NCBI RefSeq assembly: GCF_018350175.1
Contig: NC_058369.1
Span: 22,632,001-22,696,000 of the forward strand
Direction: 5' to 3'
Source of the DNA: Felis catus
Lineage: Eukaryota
Length of the DNA: 64,000 nucleotides
The number at the start of each line of letters is the position of its first letter. The first letter of the stretch is position 1. Below, piece by piece: positions 13,028 to 25,428 of the stretch. Below the pieces are notes generated by a model. That model was not told the DNA's origin. It made no database searches and was given only the letters and a program-made list of their open reading frames with translations. A program made the translations under genes and the position numbers.

Positions 13028-14940
13028 CTTCCACCTACTCCGTTTGGTCTAAGATTCCTGTTTTCTGGGACACCTTGCCCACTTTTCTATGGATTATTGT
13101 CTCACGTTTGGGGAGGTGGATATGGATGCCTCAGAAGCATTATGGAGATCTTGGTGTGGAGACCGTTATTTATACCTGTTTGAACTCTATAGGTTTGAAA
13201 AGTAAACCATGTGCCCTTTGGGTTTTCCTTTCTTCAAAGGAATCTGGAGGATATATGCTCATTCCTAGCTGGCATTACAGTCCCCTTTTTTTTATGTAAA
13301 GGAAACATTCAATATTTGCTGTCTTTAAATAAATGACTTCCTCCCTTCATATTGGACCTATTTCTTGTAGTGTCCCAATGTTAAGGGACTGTCAGTGTCC
13401 CTCCCAGTGTTTTGATTTCCATAGATGTGTACAGTCCTGCTAAAAACTTGGTGATTATAAGATCCTTAGTAATCACCAGAACCTGATAGAATAGGGCACA
13501 TCTTGAAGCATCCTGATAAGGTGGGGTAATTAATTAATGATTCTTTTTCAATAAAACTCTCTCTCCTTACTGAAAGATTCTTGTAAACATTCTAACAAAA
13601 CCTGAAGCTTGTTTTTGTACTTGGCATTTTATCATGCTAACTGTGCCTTTTGAATCTCTAAAATTGTACTTGTTATTCTCTTTTCTAATGGGATTTCAAG
13701 CAACTTTTTGATCAAGGAGTTTCATACAATGGTCTTTCTAAAATACTATAGAATTACAGTTTTCCCCTTTTATGTCAACATTTGGTTACTTGTTTCTTGG
13801 TGACTGCTCTGAATATTTCTTCCATCTTTGTTTTCAGTCAGTGCTCTGATAGAGCCAGTATTTTTGTTGCACAGATTGCTACCATGTTTGGGGCACAATT
13901 ACTGTTATCAGTTAGGTTCTCAGGAAAGCCTCATTAATTAGGTGTGTGATTATTTTCTAATATTCCCTTTATAGATAAGTTTCTTAAGAATGTCTTTAAA
14001 AATGAAGGTTGCCCAAAATATTACAAATTTACAAAAGGTCTGATACTCAGGCAGCCTTAAAAAATGGCAGATGATTAGCTTAGAAAATCAAGCCACTCTA
14101 AGATGGGACAACTGAGTCCAAAAGGGCTCTTTCGTTGGAGGACAAGGCTGAGGGCCCAGGTGTGTGGGCGTCCACTTCTTGTCTTTCCTGTCGTACCCTG
14201 ACCCCTTCCTGGCTGAGAGGCCCAGCTAGCCCACACATGCTGGCCCTGTGGACGAGAGGCTTTAGGTACGAGTGGAGACAGGAGAAGATGGAGGTGAGGA
14301 AGAGTTTGCCTTTCAGCCAGCCAACATTATCCACCCACTCTATGCTAGGCACCAGGTGGAGTGCTTTAAGTACACTTATGCGTTTCATTCTGCACCCTTC
14401 CAAAAAGTGTTCTTCAATTCATCCTGCCAATATTAGTAGTGCGATCAAGACAACGAGGCTGTAAAGCAACTAAAGATTTTATGTGAGGTCTTGGGGATTG
14501 TAGTTGGGGAGACACAGAGCTGACCTGCTCCAAGTGAGGGTGGGGGGTGCAGATTTATAAAGGCAAAAACGGCACAGATACAGAAGTTGTTCTGAAAGGA
14601 TTATGGTTGGTGCTGGCAGAGTTTAAAGTGATTAAGACACAGTTGGTTCTTTAGCTACCAAGTGTTCCTTCATCCCTATGCTAGTGCGAAGTGGAAGGAT
14701 GTCTTCCAGGTGGTGGTTGAGTTGCAACCAATAGGCTGCAGTTGACCGAAGTCACAAGTTTACTGTCCTGAGAAATTACTTCCTCAGTGTCCTTTGGACT
14801 CTATTTTGATTGATTCTTAGCAATGTTTACTTCATTCTGAATGCTCTTTTGCAGTACCTACCACGTGGCAGGCATTTTGCTGGGTGCTGGGGATATACAG
14901 ACAGAAATCAGTGAATCCCTGCCTTCCTGGGGCACACAGT

Positions 14941-15030
14941 CTAGAATATTAAAATGTTAGGATGTTAGATTAAATATTAAAATATTAAATATTAAATATT
15001 AAAATGTTAGAATATTAAGATGTTAGGATC
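14941..15030. repeat. Imperfect AT-rich short tandem repeat (~7-8 bp unit, aatattaa/gatgttag)
   Basis: Directly visible periodic units. Confidence 0.75.
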
Positions 15031-15933
15031 TTGAGAATGGTACAGTGGTGAATAAAAATTCCATTAATGATTTAGTTTCCAGTTTGGGTAAGGAGAACTT
15101 TTTATGACTGTAGTTTATTCTCCTGTATGTGTTTAAAGTTGATAGTTTCAACCTCTCTCACAATTGAGTATTTTTGTATGGTACCGTTGTACTTTTGAGC
15201 TTCTAACTTGGTAGTCTAGTTTCATTGAGAGTTATATTTGGGGTTGTTTGAAACATATACACCTGTATGAGAGTTAATCTAAATTGAAATCCACTAGAAT
15301 ATGGTTAATTGTTAAATGGACATATTATAGGCTAGTTTTTATGAGTTTTTTCCCAGCAACGTATTTTGTAAAGCTATGCTACTGGCATATGAAACAGTTT
15401 ATAATTCTAGAAGAAAACTTTTTCTTATTAATTGATTCATTTATTCTCTCCTTCTTGCATTTTCTAATTCCCAAAGCAACCACGTCACCTTTCATAGTCC
15501 ACTTAGTGTGACTGTTGTATCATTTCATGTAAAATGTAGAAAGCTTGCAATTGTATCAGCCTCTTTCTTCCTGATCTTTGTAGTTGTCATGTGTAGTACA
15601 CTTACATGCATTGAAAACCCCAACAGGCAATGTTACCATTTTTGCTTCAGTCAAATGTATTTTAGAGTATTTAAAACTAGGAAAGGCAATCTGTTGCATT
15701 TGATCAGTTTTTTTTTTTTAACCATTTCTCTTGCTCTTCCCTTTTGCCTGAAGACACAGGTTTTTCTCTATTAACATTTAACCTTTGGCTTGAAGAACTT
15801 TCTTTGGCTCTTCCTGTAGAGAAGATCTACTGGTGACAAATTCATTTCTCCTTCATTTGCCAATGTCTTATTTTTGCCTTTATCCTTGAAGGTGTTTCAG
15901 TGGATATAAAATTCTGGGGTGACCGTTCTTTTC

Positions 15934-16136
15934 TTTTTTTATTTTAGAGGGAGAGAGAGCGAGAGCGAGTGAGAGCATGACCTGCGGAGAGGGGCAGAGG
16001 GAGAGAGAGAGAATCTCAAACAGGCTCCACACTCAGCACAGAGCTTGACATGAGGCTTGATCCCACGACCCTGGGATCATGACCTGAGCCAAAATGAGGA
16101 GCTGGACTCTCAACCGACTGAGCCACCCGGGCACCT
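15934..16136 (-). mobile_element. Can-SINE in L1
   Basis: SINEC structure; TSD-like gttctt(t/a)tctt. Confidence 0.9.
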
Positions 16137-16778
16137 TGGCAGTTCTTATCTTTCAGCATTTAAAAGATGTTGTTCTGCTGTTTTCTGGTCGCCATAATTT
16201 CTAATGAGAGTCATTGGATATGATGAGAAATTTGTGGTGATTCACATCATTTCTTTCTTTATGTAATGTGTCATTTTTCTTCTGTTGCTTTTGAGAGTGT
16301 TTTCTTTTTGTTTTCTGCCATCTGATTATGCTGTGTCCAGGTGTGGTCTTCTTTGAGTTTATCCTGTTTCTAAATCTCTGGACTTCTTGAATCTGTAAAC
16401 TTATGTCTCTGAACAAATTTGACAGTTATTTTTTTCGCCATATTTTCCTGTCCAGATCTCTTTCTCCTACCTTTTTGGCACTCCAGTGACCTTTGGATAT
16501 CGTCCTCATGGTTCCTGAAGCTTTGTTTATTTTTTCCCAATCTTTCTATTTCATAGTAGGTAATTTTTCTCTTTTCACGTTTACTTATTCTTTCCTCTGT
16601 CGTCTCCATTCTGTCATGAAGCCCATCCAGTGAGTTTTCATTTAAGATGTTGTTTTTGTAAGTGTCTAAATTTTCATTTGGTTTTTTATTGTTCTCTTGA
16701 GTGTTCTCTGAATGTTCTCATTCTATTTATTTCAACTGTCTTTTCCTTCACTTCATGAACGGTAGTTCTTTAAAAAAA

Positions 16779-16992
16779 TTTTTTTTTTCCAACGTTTATT
16801 TATTTTTGGGACAGAGAGAGGCAGAGCGTGAACGGGGGAGGGGCAGAGAGAGAGGGAGACACAGAATCGGAAACAGGCTCCAGGCTCTGAGCCATCAGCC
16901 CAGAGCCTGACGCGGGGCTCGAACTCCTGGACCGCGAGATCGTGACCTGGCTGAAGTCGGACGCTTAACCGACTGCACCACCCAGGCGCCCC
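16779..16992 (-). mobile_element. Young cat Can-SINE
   Basis: Near-consensus young sequence; TSD taaaaaaatttttttt at 16771 and 16993. Confidence 0.96.
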
Positions 16993-17188
16993 TAAAAAAA
17001 TTTTTTTTGAGAGAGAGAGAGTGTGCGTGCGTGTGCTCACAAGTGGGGGAGGGGCAGAGAGAGAGGCAGACAAAGGATCCAAAGCAGGCTCTGCATGGTC
17101 AGCCTGATGCAAAGCTTGAATCCATGAATTGTGATATCATGACCTGAGCCAAAGTCAGATGCTTAACTGACTGAGTCACCCAGGTGCT
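16993..17188 (-). mobile_element. Can-SINE
   Basis: SINEC body; outer TSD catgaac(g/t)gtagtt at 16754 and 17189. Confidence 0.92.
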
Positions 17189-17202
17189 CATGAACTGTAG
17201 TT

Positions 17203-17457
17203 TTGTTTTGTTTTGTTTTGTTTTGTTTTAAGCTTATTTATTTTTTTGAAAGAGAACACAAGCAGGGAAGGGGCAGAGACAGAGAGGGAGACACAGAATC
17301 CAAAATAGGCTCCAGGCTCTGAGCTGTCCGAGCAGAGCCTGATGCGGGGCTCGAACCCATGAGCCATGAGATCCATGAACTGTGAATCCATGAACTGTGA
17401 GATCATGACCTGAGCCAAAGTCAGACACTTAACCGACTGAGCCATCCAAGTGCCCCC
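17203..17457 (-). mobile_element. Can-SINE with (TTTTG)n tail and internal tandem duplication
   Basis: TSD gaactgtagtttt at 17193 and 17458; atccatgaactgtga repeated twice. Confidence 0.92.
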
Positions 17458-17886
17458 GAACTGTAGTTTTAATGGCTCTTTTAAAGTCTCTGCTTGATAG
17501 TTCTCATGTCTGAAGCATCTTGGGGTTGGCATCTGTTGATTATACTTTTCCTCAAGGAATTTCAGATTGTATCTTGGATGTTCAGAATGTTATGTTGTAT
17601 AAGCACTGGGTCTAGTTAGAATCCTATGGAAATGTTGACTTTTTTAGTTGTTTCATCAGGCAGTCAATCTAATTAGGTTCAGACTGTCAGTTCTGCCTCA
17701 GCTCTGGCAGATGGTGGTCCAGATCTCAGTCCAGCCTTCTGAGCTATGGTATGCTGATTTTGATCTGTCCTTTACACGCAAATCTCTGTTAAGTTCTCTC
17801 AGCCTTTGCTACACAGAGTTTTTCAAGAGGAAGAAACAAAAAGCCAAACAGTTCCACTACTGCCCTTCTACTTACATTCTCTGATC

Positions 17887-18079
17887 TTTTTTTTTTTTTT
17901 AATGTTTGTTTGTTTGTTTTTTTGAGGGAGCAAGCTTGCATGAGCTGGGGTGGAGCAGTGAGAGAGGGAGAGAGAGAATCCCAAGCAGGTTCCGTGCTGT
18001 CAGTGCAGAGCTGGATGTGGGGCTCAATCGCATGAACCATGAGATCATGACCTGAGCCAAAATCAAGAGTCAGGTGCCC
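17887..18079 (-). mobile_element. Can-SINE with internal deletion near its 5' end
   Basis: aatcaagagtcag runs directly into gtgccc; the usual cttaaccgactgagccacc block is missing. Confidence 0.88.
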
Positions 18080-18329
18080 TGCCGTCACCAGTCTTAAAAG
18101 AAGTTGTTTTTCATGCGATTTGGAGGATATCATGCGACGTTTGTTGAGACTGTGTTTCTACCTTGTAGCTCAGACACCAGGGACAGTAGAATAGTGCACT
18201 TTCAGAACTTCCAGGGCACAAAGAGTTTAGGTCCGTTCTCCTGATTTTATAGATTAAAAAATGGAGACCTGTTCAAAGTTCTACATTTTGAGCTTTAACG
18301 GATCTCCCGTTTGGTTTCCTTGGCAGGAT

Positions 18330-18495
18330 GGGGCTACAGAAGCCTTGGGTTTAAAACCTAGCCCTGCCATTTAACTGGGTGTGATGTTATGGAGAGATCT
18401 GATTTCTGTGGGTTTTTATGTCATCATCTGTACCGTGGGATAATACTTGCCTTGAGAATTAGGCATCATGTACGTCGATCACCTAGCCCAGGGCA
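18330..18495 (+). mobile_element. MIR fragment
   Basis: tgggtttaaaacctagccctgccatttaactgggtgtga...catctgtaccgtgggataata. Confidence 0.55.
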
Positions 18496-19745
18496 CCACT
18501 AGATGGTGTTAAAGAGATTGAACTAATATTTATTGACTCTGACCAGATGCCTTGGTGAGAACCCGGGCCCTGTCTTGAGGAGGTGGCCACAGTGTAGCAG
18601 TGATCTCTTTAGCAAGTTCATAAGGATTTGAGACTTAGTTCAAGTCCTTTTATTTCACACATGGAATTCAGACCTTGAAGTTGGAACCCTGAGGACCTGT
18701 GATCTATTTGACCTGCAATTTTATCCTGCCCCCACTGTTGCTCTCAGCAGGTCCCTACCAATTTTTACTAAGGTGTTCACTGTGGTGACCAGACGGTATC
18801 CTCATCATCTGGATTGAGAGATGGCAGAATCACTGTTTCGCAGCCGGGGAGCAGAGGTGTGGCATTGCGCGTATGCTGTCGTGAGCGGAATCTGGGTTTT
18901 CAGTTTGAGTTTTCACATATGGGTTTCGGATATGCCAGGAGTGTATTGATACAGCAATATGGGGCTTAGCTGCTCTTCTTTCTACAAGGAGCTCACTTTA
19001 TTTTATTTTTTTGAATACCTTGAGATCTTTTTAGAGGCCACGTGCACCTGAAGATTTGTGTGTCTCAGGCACCCCCAGGGCTGTGTGCTGCTCCCAACAC
19101 GCCAGACCTTTCTTCGTGCTGTGTTGAAACATCAGGAGTGAATCAGACATTTCTTGGGCTAACACTGCTGCCAGAGGCCGGTCTGGGGAGACTTGATCCT
19201 CTTTCTCTCTCTTTTTTTGTGGGCCTTTTGCTCCATAACATGATTCTGTTTTACCGGGTGTTTGTAAGGCCTGAAGGGCTAGTGATTTTCAGAATTTGAA
19301 AGTTATCGATAAGTTAAGGAAATCTGCAGGCTATGGAGTTGGCTGGATTCGTTTCTGTTTTTTTCTTCTTCTTCTTCTTATGCTTTGTTGTGTTCATATG
19401 GCAGGAACCCAGTTATAAAAAAGCCAGTTTTCCTCCTGAGTACCAGCTGCCTTGGCAAGCTTTTCCTATAATGCACCAAATTTACTGTTCTGGGATTCAT
19501 TTTGTTCTACCTTGTTCAAAGTGCTTGTTTCGGTGGAGAGGGAAATTTTAATCATTTGGATGGCCGAAGATTACAGGTACCTCCCTTCCCTTTTTATCCT
19601 GATGTAACTTCTTGTCATCCATTCTTTGCCACTTCAACATATGACGCTTCTATAAGTGCCTTGTAGAAGGCACTCCAATCATGGTGAAATATTACGCAAG
19701 CTGGAAGCTTTGTCAAAGGTAAGTTTAATTTTAAGCAAAAAAACA

Positions 19746-20603
19746 TTTTTTTATGTTTATTTTCTTTTTCTTTTTTTTTTTAATCTATTTTTGAGACAGA
19801 GAGAGACAAAGCATGAGTAGGGGAGGGGCAGAGAGAAAGGGAGACAAGAATGTGAAGCAGGCTCCAGGCTCTGAGCTGTCAGCACAGAGCCCAATGCAGG
19901 GCTTGAACCCACAAACCATGAGATCATGACCTGAGCTGAAGTCGGATTCTTTTTTTAAATTTTTTTTTTCCAACGTTTATTTATTTTGGGACAGAGAGAG
20001 ACAGAGCATGAACGGGGGAGGGGCAGAGAGAGAGGGAGACAAGAATGTGAAGCAAGCTCCAGGCTCTGAGCTGTCAGCACAGAGCCCAACGCGGGGCTTA
20101 AACTCACAGACTGTGGACCTGAGCTGAAGTCATACGCTCAACCAACTGAGCCAAACAGGTGCCCCATTTCATTTTTCTTTTTGAGAGAGAGAGACAGAGT
20201 ATGAGTGGGGGAGGCACAGAGAGACAGAGGGAGATACAGAATCTGAAGCAGGCTCCAGGCTCTGAGCTGTCAGCACAGAGCCCAACGCAGGGCTTGAACC
20301 CACAAACCATGAGATCATGACCTCAGCTGAAGTCGGATTCTTTTTTAAAATTTTTTTTTCAACGTTTATTTATTTTGGGACAGAGAGAGACAGAGCATGA
20401 ACGGGGGAGGGGCAGAGAGAGAGGGAGACACAGAATCGGAAACAGGCTCCAGGCTCCGAGCCATCAGCCCAGAGCCTGACGCGGGGCTCGAACTCACGGA
20501 CCGCGAGATCGTGACCTGGCTGAAGTCGGACGCTTAACCGACTGCGCCACCCAGGCGCCCCTGACGTCGGATTCTTAACCGACTGAGCCACTCAGGTGCC
20601 CCA
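19746..20603 (-). mobile_element. Nested/mosaic stack of Can-SINEs (three elements plus a duplicated junction)
   Basis: Four SINE tails at ~19765, 19951, 20170 and 20341; young copy 20341-20561 has TSD gtcggattctt; host head resumes 20562-20603. Confidence 0.93.
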
Positions 20604-20913
20604 TAAAAAAAAATTATTTTAAATGTGATCAAATAAAGAAGAAAAAATCAGGCCTACTCACAGGGCTGACTGTAAGATGGTTTAATTGTTTCCTTTGCCT
20701 TGTGGTTTAAAGTATTTTTAACCTATTAGTGTTCCCAGTTTCTGCTCCTAAAAACAAACATGAGTTTAAAAGATAGTATAGTTATATTGTAAGGAAATTA
20801 TGCCAGATTTAATTTTTTTTCCTCCGTTCTTGCCAGTGTAGTATTTATTGGTCCCTTCTTTGGGCTCCCCAAAAGATGAAGATCCAAGAGTCTGTGAAAT
20901 CCTCCTTTCTGAC

Positions 20914-21459
20914 TGCTGTGGATTTAATTTGTTTTAAATGCTTGTTTTTTGAGAGAGAGACAGACAGAGCATGAATGGGGAAGGGGCAGACAAAGAGGGA
21001 GACACAGAACCCGAAGCAGACTCTAGGCTCTGAGCTGTCAGCACAGAGCCTGACATGGGACTTGAACTCATGAACTGCAAGATCATGACCTGAGCCGAAG
21101 TTGGACACTTAACCGACTGAGCCACCCAGGTGCCCCTGGACTTAATTTTGTGTCCTCTTTTCCAAATTCATGTGTTGAAGCCCTAACTCCCAGTGTGATA
21201 GTATTTGGGGCCTCTGGGAGGTGATTAGGTTTAGTTGAGGGTCGTGAGGGTGGAATCCTTGTAGAAAGGAACCAGGAAGCCAGCTCATCCTCTCTCTGCA
21301 GTGTGAGGATATGACAGGATGGTAGCCTTTGCAAATTAGGATGAAGGCTCTTGCCAGACACTGAACATGCTGGCACCTTGATGTTGGCCAAACTGTGAGA
21401 AAAAATAAGCAGTCTATGGTTTCTGCCACCCAATTTATAGTGGATTTCTGACTGAGACA
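20914..21459 (+). mobile_element. MaLR LTR (MLT1A/B-like) interrupted by a SINE
   Basis: ccaaattcatgtgttgaagccctaactcccagtgtga...ggcaccttgatgttgg...aactgtgaga. Confidence 0.8.
20931..21136 (-). mobile_element. Can-SINE
   Basis: TSD tgga(t/c)ttaattt at 20919 and 21137. Confidence 0.94.
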
Positions 21460-22689
21460 CTGATGTACCTTACTTATATTCAAGAAGATGTTTCTCAGTT
21501 CTCGTAAGAATTAACTAAGCTGATACATGTTTCAATTGGTAAATTGTGAGGGTCGTTAATTTCTGAAAAGGCATAATAATTTTTGCAGGTAATTTTTGAA
21601 GAGTATATCCTATGATCTATGAATGAAAAACTCATCTTAGCATGTAAACAGTTTCTGAGCCACAGCTAGACACAGGAGATTCTAAAGGCAAAGTCTGCCG
21701 GACTCTGTGGGAGACAGGTTGAAAATGTGGGGCTTCATTAAGCATGTTACACTTACAGCTCAAGAAAGGCAATAAATTTGTATGAGAGATTATTCAGGCC
21801 ACATGTCACCTCCACAGTCTTATAAAATTCCTTCTATCTTGCCAGAGAATCCAGATTTGACATTTTTATTTCAACAATATTTTATACAGATAGATGTAGA
21901 TACATCTCTTGGCAAGAGGAGGAATTATAAATGCTAATTCATTCCATTGAGCGGTAAACATTTTCTCTACTGCTTAATAGGACAAAATACATAAAGATTA
22001 ATTAAATGATCTAAAATTTCCAAGCTTCTTTTTAATTGCATAAATTGAATCTCTTGCCAAAAGATACCCAGCGCTGGTAAACATGATAGATGGTGATGGG
22101 GACACATGGTGACTTGGATAGACTCCACTTCTGGATTCTGCCTGAGTGTGTTGGCCACAGGTTGCGGTCTACAAACAATATCCACTCCACCAATGCATAA
22201 ACCAGGGCTCGGTGGTCAGTGGTTTCATGTGATGTCTTTAGGGTGCTACCACACTGACGTGACAAGGGGGAATGTTCGCTGGTCAGGGGCGTAGGTCTCT
22301 AATGTGGCTGGAATGTCATAGCTGCCCAAATATCTGCGTGTTTGTAAGGGTGTTAACCATTTGTTGAAATGCAGCATCTTGGTTGAGCGGAAGAAGTTCT
22401 TACATCAGGTTAAAAAGCCTGCCTCTGGTCCTCCCTCTGATAGCTAACCACGTGGAACCATAGATCCACCATTTGTGAGACAGGGGCTGTGTTACTTGTT
22501 TCAACCCTTTTCAGGGTAAAGATAGGGAGCCCTCTGAAGTGGGGACTGTCAGCGCTCCTTGAGAAATCTAAAGCAGTTTGTTAGTGTGTTGGTAAGCATC
22601 TGCGAGAGAAGCAGGCCTTGTACTGGGCTAGCCTTTTTGCGCATATATGTAACTAGTATGTAGCTGTGTTGTAAGAATTCTTTTAGATG

Positions 22690-22830
22690 CTACTAGAATG
22701 CTGTCTTGGAGCTGAAAGGGATTTCTGTCCAGTTTGTTCACCCATATATTTCCAGTGTGTAATGAAGTGCCTGGCATGTACTAATGGTTCCATAACATTT
22801 GTTGAATGAATGAATGAATGAATGAATGAA
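22690..22830 (+). mobile_element. L2 3' end with (GAAT)n tail
   Basis: agtgcctggcatg...atttgttgaatgaatgaatgaa. Confidence 0.75.
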
Positions 22831-23323
22831 AAAATGTTTTTCACAGGTATTACAGTGAATAGTAGTACATGATTTTGTCAAGCACAAGGTTATAGGTTTC
22901 ATAGTTATGGAGATATATTTGTTACATTTCTTTCCATGGAGACAGACAGCTGCCTCATGTCAAGAAGCTGTATGATGAATGGAAAGAGTGGTCCTAGGGT
23001 GGGGTGGGAGGGGACTTCACATGAAGTCAGGTAGCAGTGCCAAAGCTGTTGCCCTGGATGTGACCCCTTGGCACACCTGGGGTTCCTTGTTCCTACATGG
23101 CATGACAGCGCCCGTCTCTTGGGTCCACTGCCTTGGTACTCGAGCATAGCATCGGATGTTATAGACTCATGTGAAGCATAGACGTGTTTCACAGGAGTGA
23201 CCTCCTCTGTGCTGTGGTGGGGGTGGCCTCAGCTTTGTAAATATGTGTATGTGTGTGTATATATAACACATAACGTCTATATCAATATTGATATTGATAT
23301 TAATATAGATATGTATATGTATT

Positions 23324-23324
<1 letters not shown>

Positions 23325-23355
<31 letters not shown>
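23325..23355. repeat. (CA)n microsatellite
   Basis: Visible. Confidence 0.95.
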
Positions 23356-23362
<7 letters not shown>

Positions 23363-23389
23363 TGCATGTGTTTGTTCTGACATGAAGAG

Positions 23390-23610
23390 CTCAGCTACAG
23401 AGTCAGTTAGAAGGTTCCAATTCTGGGTCAGCCATTTGCTTATTTCATGCTCTTGGAAAAGTTACCAAATCACTTGGAGCTTGGGGTTTTCAGCTATAGG
23501 GAGATGGTGATAGCACCTGGTTCATAGGGTTACTTTGAGCTTTAAATGCATTAGTGCGTAAGAGGGTTTAGCAAATTGAGTGGTAGTACATGTGAGAGTG
23601 TGCTGGTTAT
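23390..23610 (+). mobile_element. MIR
   Basis: MIR-like: gccatttgct...ttggaaaagttaccaaatcac...atggtgatagcacc. Confidence 0.5.
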
Positions 23611-24489
23611 AACTGTTCTTGTATCAGTACCACTTAGTGCAGGATTACTAGGAGCTGCGTCCTGGGCTTAGAGTCATACACACATAATCTTTCTTAATTT
23701 TTCTAGCAATACTATGAGGTGAATTTTTAAGCCCAGGAGGAAACATGTCACAAGTGATGAATTGCATGAGGATTTTTATTCTTTGTTTTGGCCAAAAGAG
23801 CTTCCTTTCTAGAAATATCATATTCAGGCAATCTCTGACCGCCACTCCCGCACCGAACATATTCCCCACCCTGCCTTGCGCTCAAGGTCTGTTCTTTTCA
23901 CATCAGTTTTTTTTTTTTTTTATTTTTCCCTGTGTGGCTCTACATAAATCTTTTCTTAATACTGAATAGCTTATTTTTTGGAATGCAGATGTAGAACACA
24001 TGGGCATTTTGATTTACGATAGCACAAGATGCAGACTTCAAGTTATGTAATTAGGGTACAGAGCCGTGTTGCAGTCCATGCCCTCGTTGTTTGCAGTCTC
24101 ATGCCAATCAGTTTGCCTTGGAGTCAGTCTGATCCTCTCTGGATGCTGGCTCTCCGCACAATGCTGGACTGATGAGATAAAACTAACCACCATCTCTGCT
24201 CCCCAGGAGCTGTCAGTCAAACAGTTCCACTCAACATCATGACACTCAACCTAGTGAATGATTGGATAGTGCTAGAAAGACAAAAGCAGTAGGTTAAGGC
24301 GAGGGAGAGTGGTGGGGGTGTGTTCAGGAAGGTTCTCTGATGAGGCATTGGAATGGAGATTGCTCCTTTCATTTGCTCCAGTTTTCTCCTTAACACTTAA
24401 GACCACCTGCCATTTTTCTGTTGCCCCACACATCCCCATGGAATGTCAACTCTGAGAACAGGGCCTTAGTCTGTGAACATTTTACTCTT

Positions 24490-24510
24490 TGTTTTAAATA
24501 TATTCAAAAT

Positions 24511-24562
<52 letters not shown>

Positions 24563-24720
24563 TTAGATAGCACAAATCAGGGAAGGGCAGAGGGAGAGAG
24601 AGAGAGAGGGAGAGAGAATCCATGTCAATGTGGAGCCAGATGTGGGGCTCAAACTCATGAACCGTGAGATCATGACCTGAGCTGGTCAGAGGCTTAACCA
24701 ACTGAGCCACCCAGGTGCCC
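24490..24720 (-). mobile_element. Can-SINE whose tail has expanded into (TATC)12
   Basis: SINEC body ending ccacccaggtgccc; tetranucleotide run 24512-24562. Confidence 0.9.
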
Positions 24721-25428
24721 TGTTAGCATTTGCTCTTACATATCCCAGGTCCCAGGTCCTAGACCAGCCCAATCCAGTGTGGAATGGGTGATTGATAAAG
24801 GGAGCCAGTAACTAGGAGGCACAGAACGATCATTTAAAGGCTGTGGACAGTATATAAGAGGTTACCCATTAGACAAGGGTGAGCTCTACACAGAGGGTAG
24901 GGAAAGGCATTGTTGGCCACAGGATCAGCTTATCCAAAGGCACAGAGCCTGGAGACACCATAGGTGGATGTGTCCCGGGTGCATATTTTTCAAGAGGCTG
25001 CCTTGCCATTTTGGCCTCCGTGGCCTTCTGCATCTTTGGAAACATGAAATGATACAGCACTGATTAAGGGCAGTAGCTCTTTGTGCTCTGTTTCTGAAAG
25101 AGTGTGGGAATGTTTATTCTTTGGGACAAAATTCTCATAGCATTGAGAAAATGAGCAATTTGGACCTGGCGGGCTACTTGACAATCTAATCTAAGGAGGA
25201 GATCTGGATCCCTTCTCAGCTCAAAGAAAAGTTGGTAATCATTAGGTGTGGAGGATTTAAATTCTCTGATTATCATACAGTTTGTTTTCCGTTGTCTTGT
25301 ATAGCTGTGTAGACAGGGATTGGTTCTATTTAGAAGATTAAGGATGGGTTGACCATTGGGAAAAATAAAACTGAGCAGGTTTCTTTGAACATAAAAAAAA
25401 AAAAATCTATTCTACCAGGTCTTGGCTT

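Larger units (their letters stand above)
15450..17790 (-). mobile_element. Old L1 (L1M) 5'/ORF1 remnant interrupted by four Can-SINEs
   Basis: Minus-strand translation LQIQEVQRFRNRINSKKTTPGHSII matches the L1 ORF1p motif (QIQEAQRTP..TPRHII); multiple stops and frameshifts. Confidence 0.8.

Noticed and set aside
14430..14830. Possible LTR interrupting an L2 tail
   Set aside because: Looks LTR-like, but I could not assign family or boundaries with confidence
19667..19718. Plus-strand exon candidate ending AAG|GTAAGT
   Set aside because: Poor polypyrimidine tract, no partner exon, no recognisable peptide
24851..24885. TATATAA followed by a donor-like AGG|GTGAG
   Set aside because: Isolated motifs without other promoter evidence
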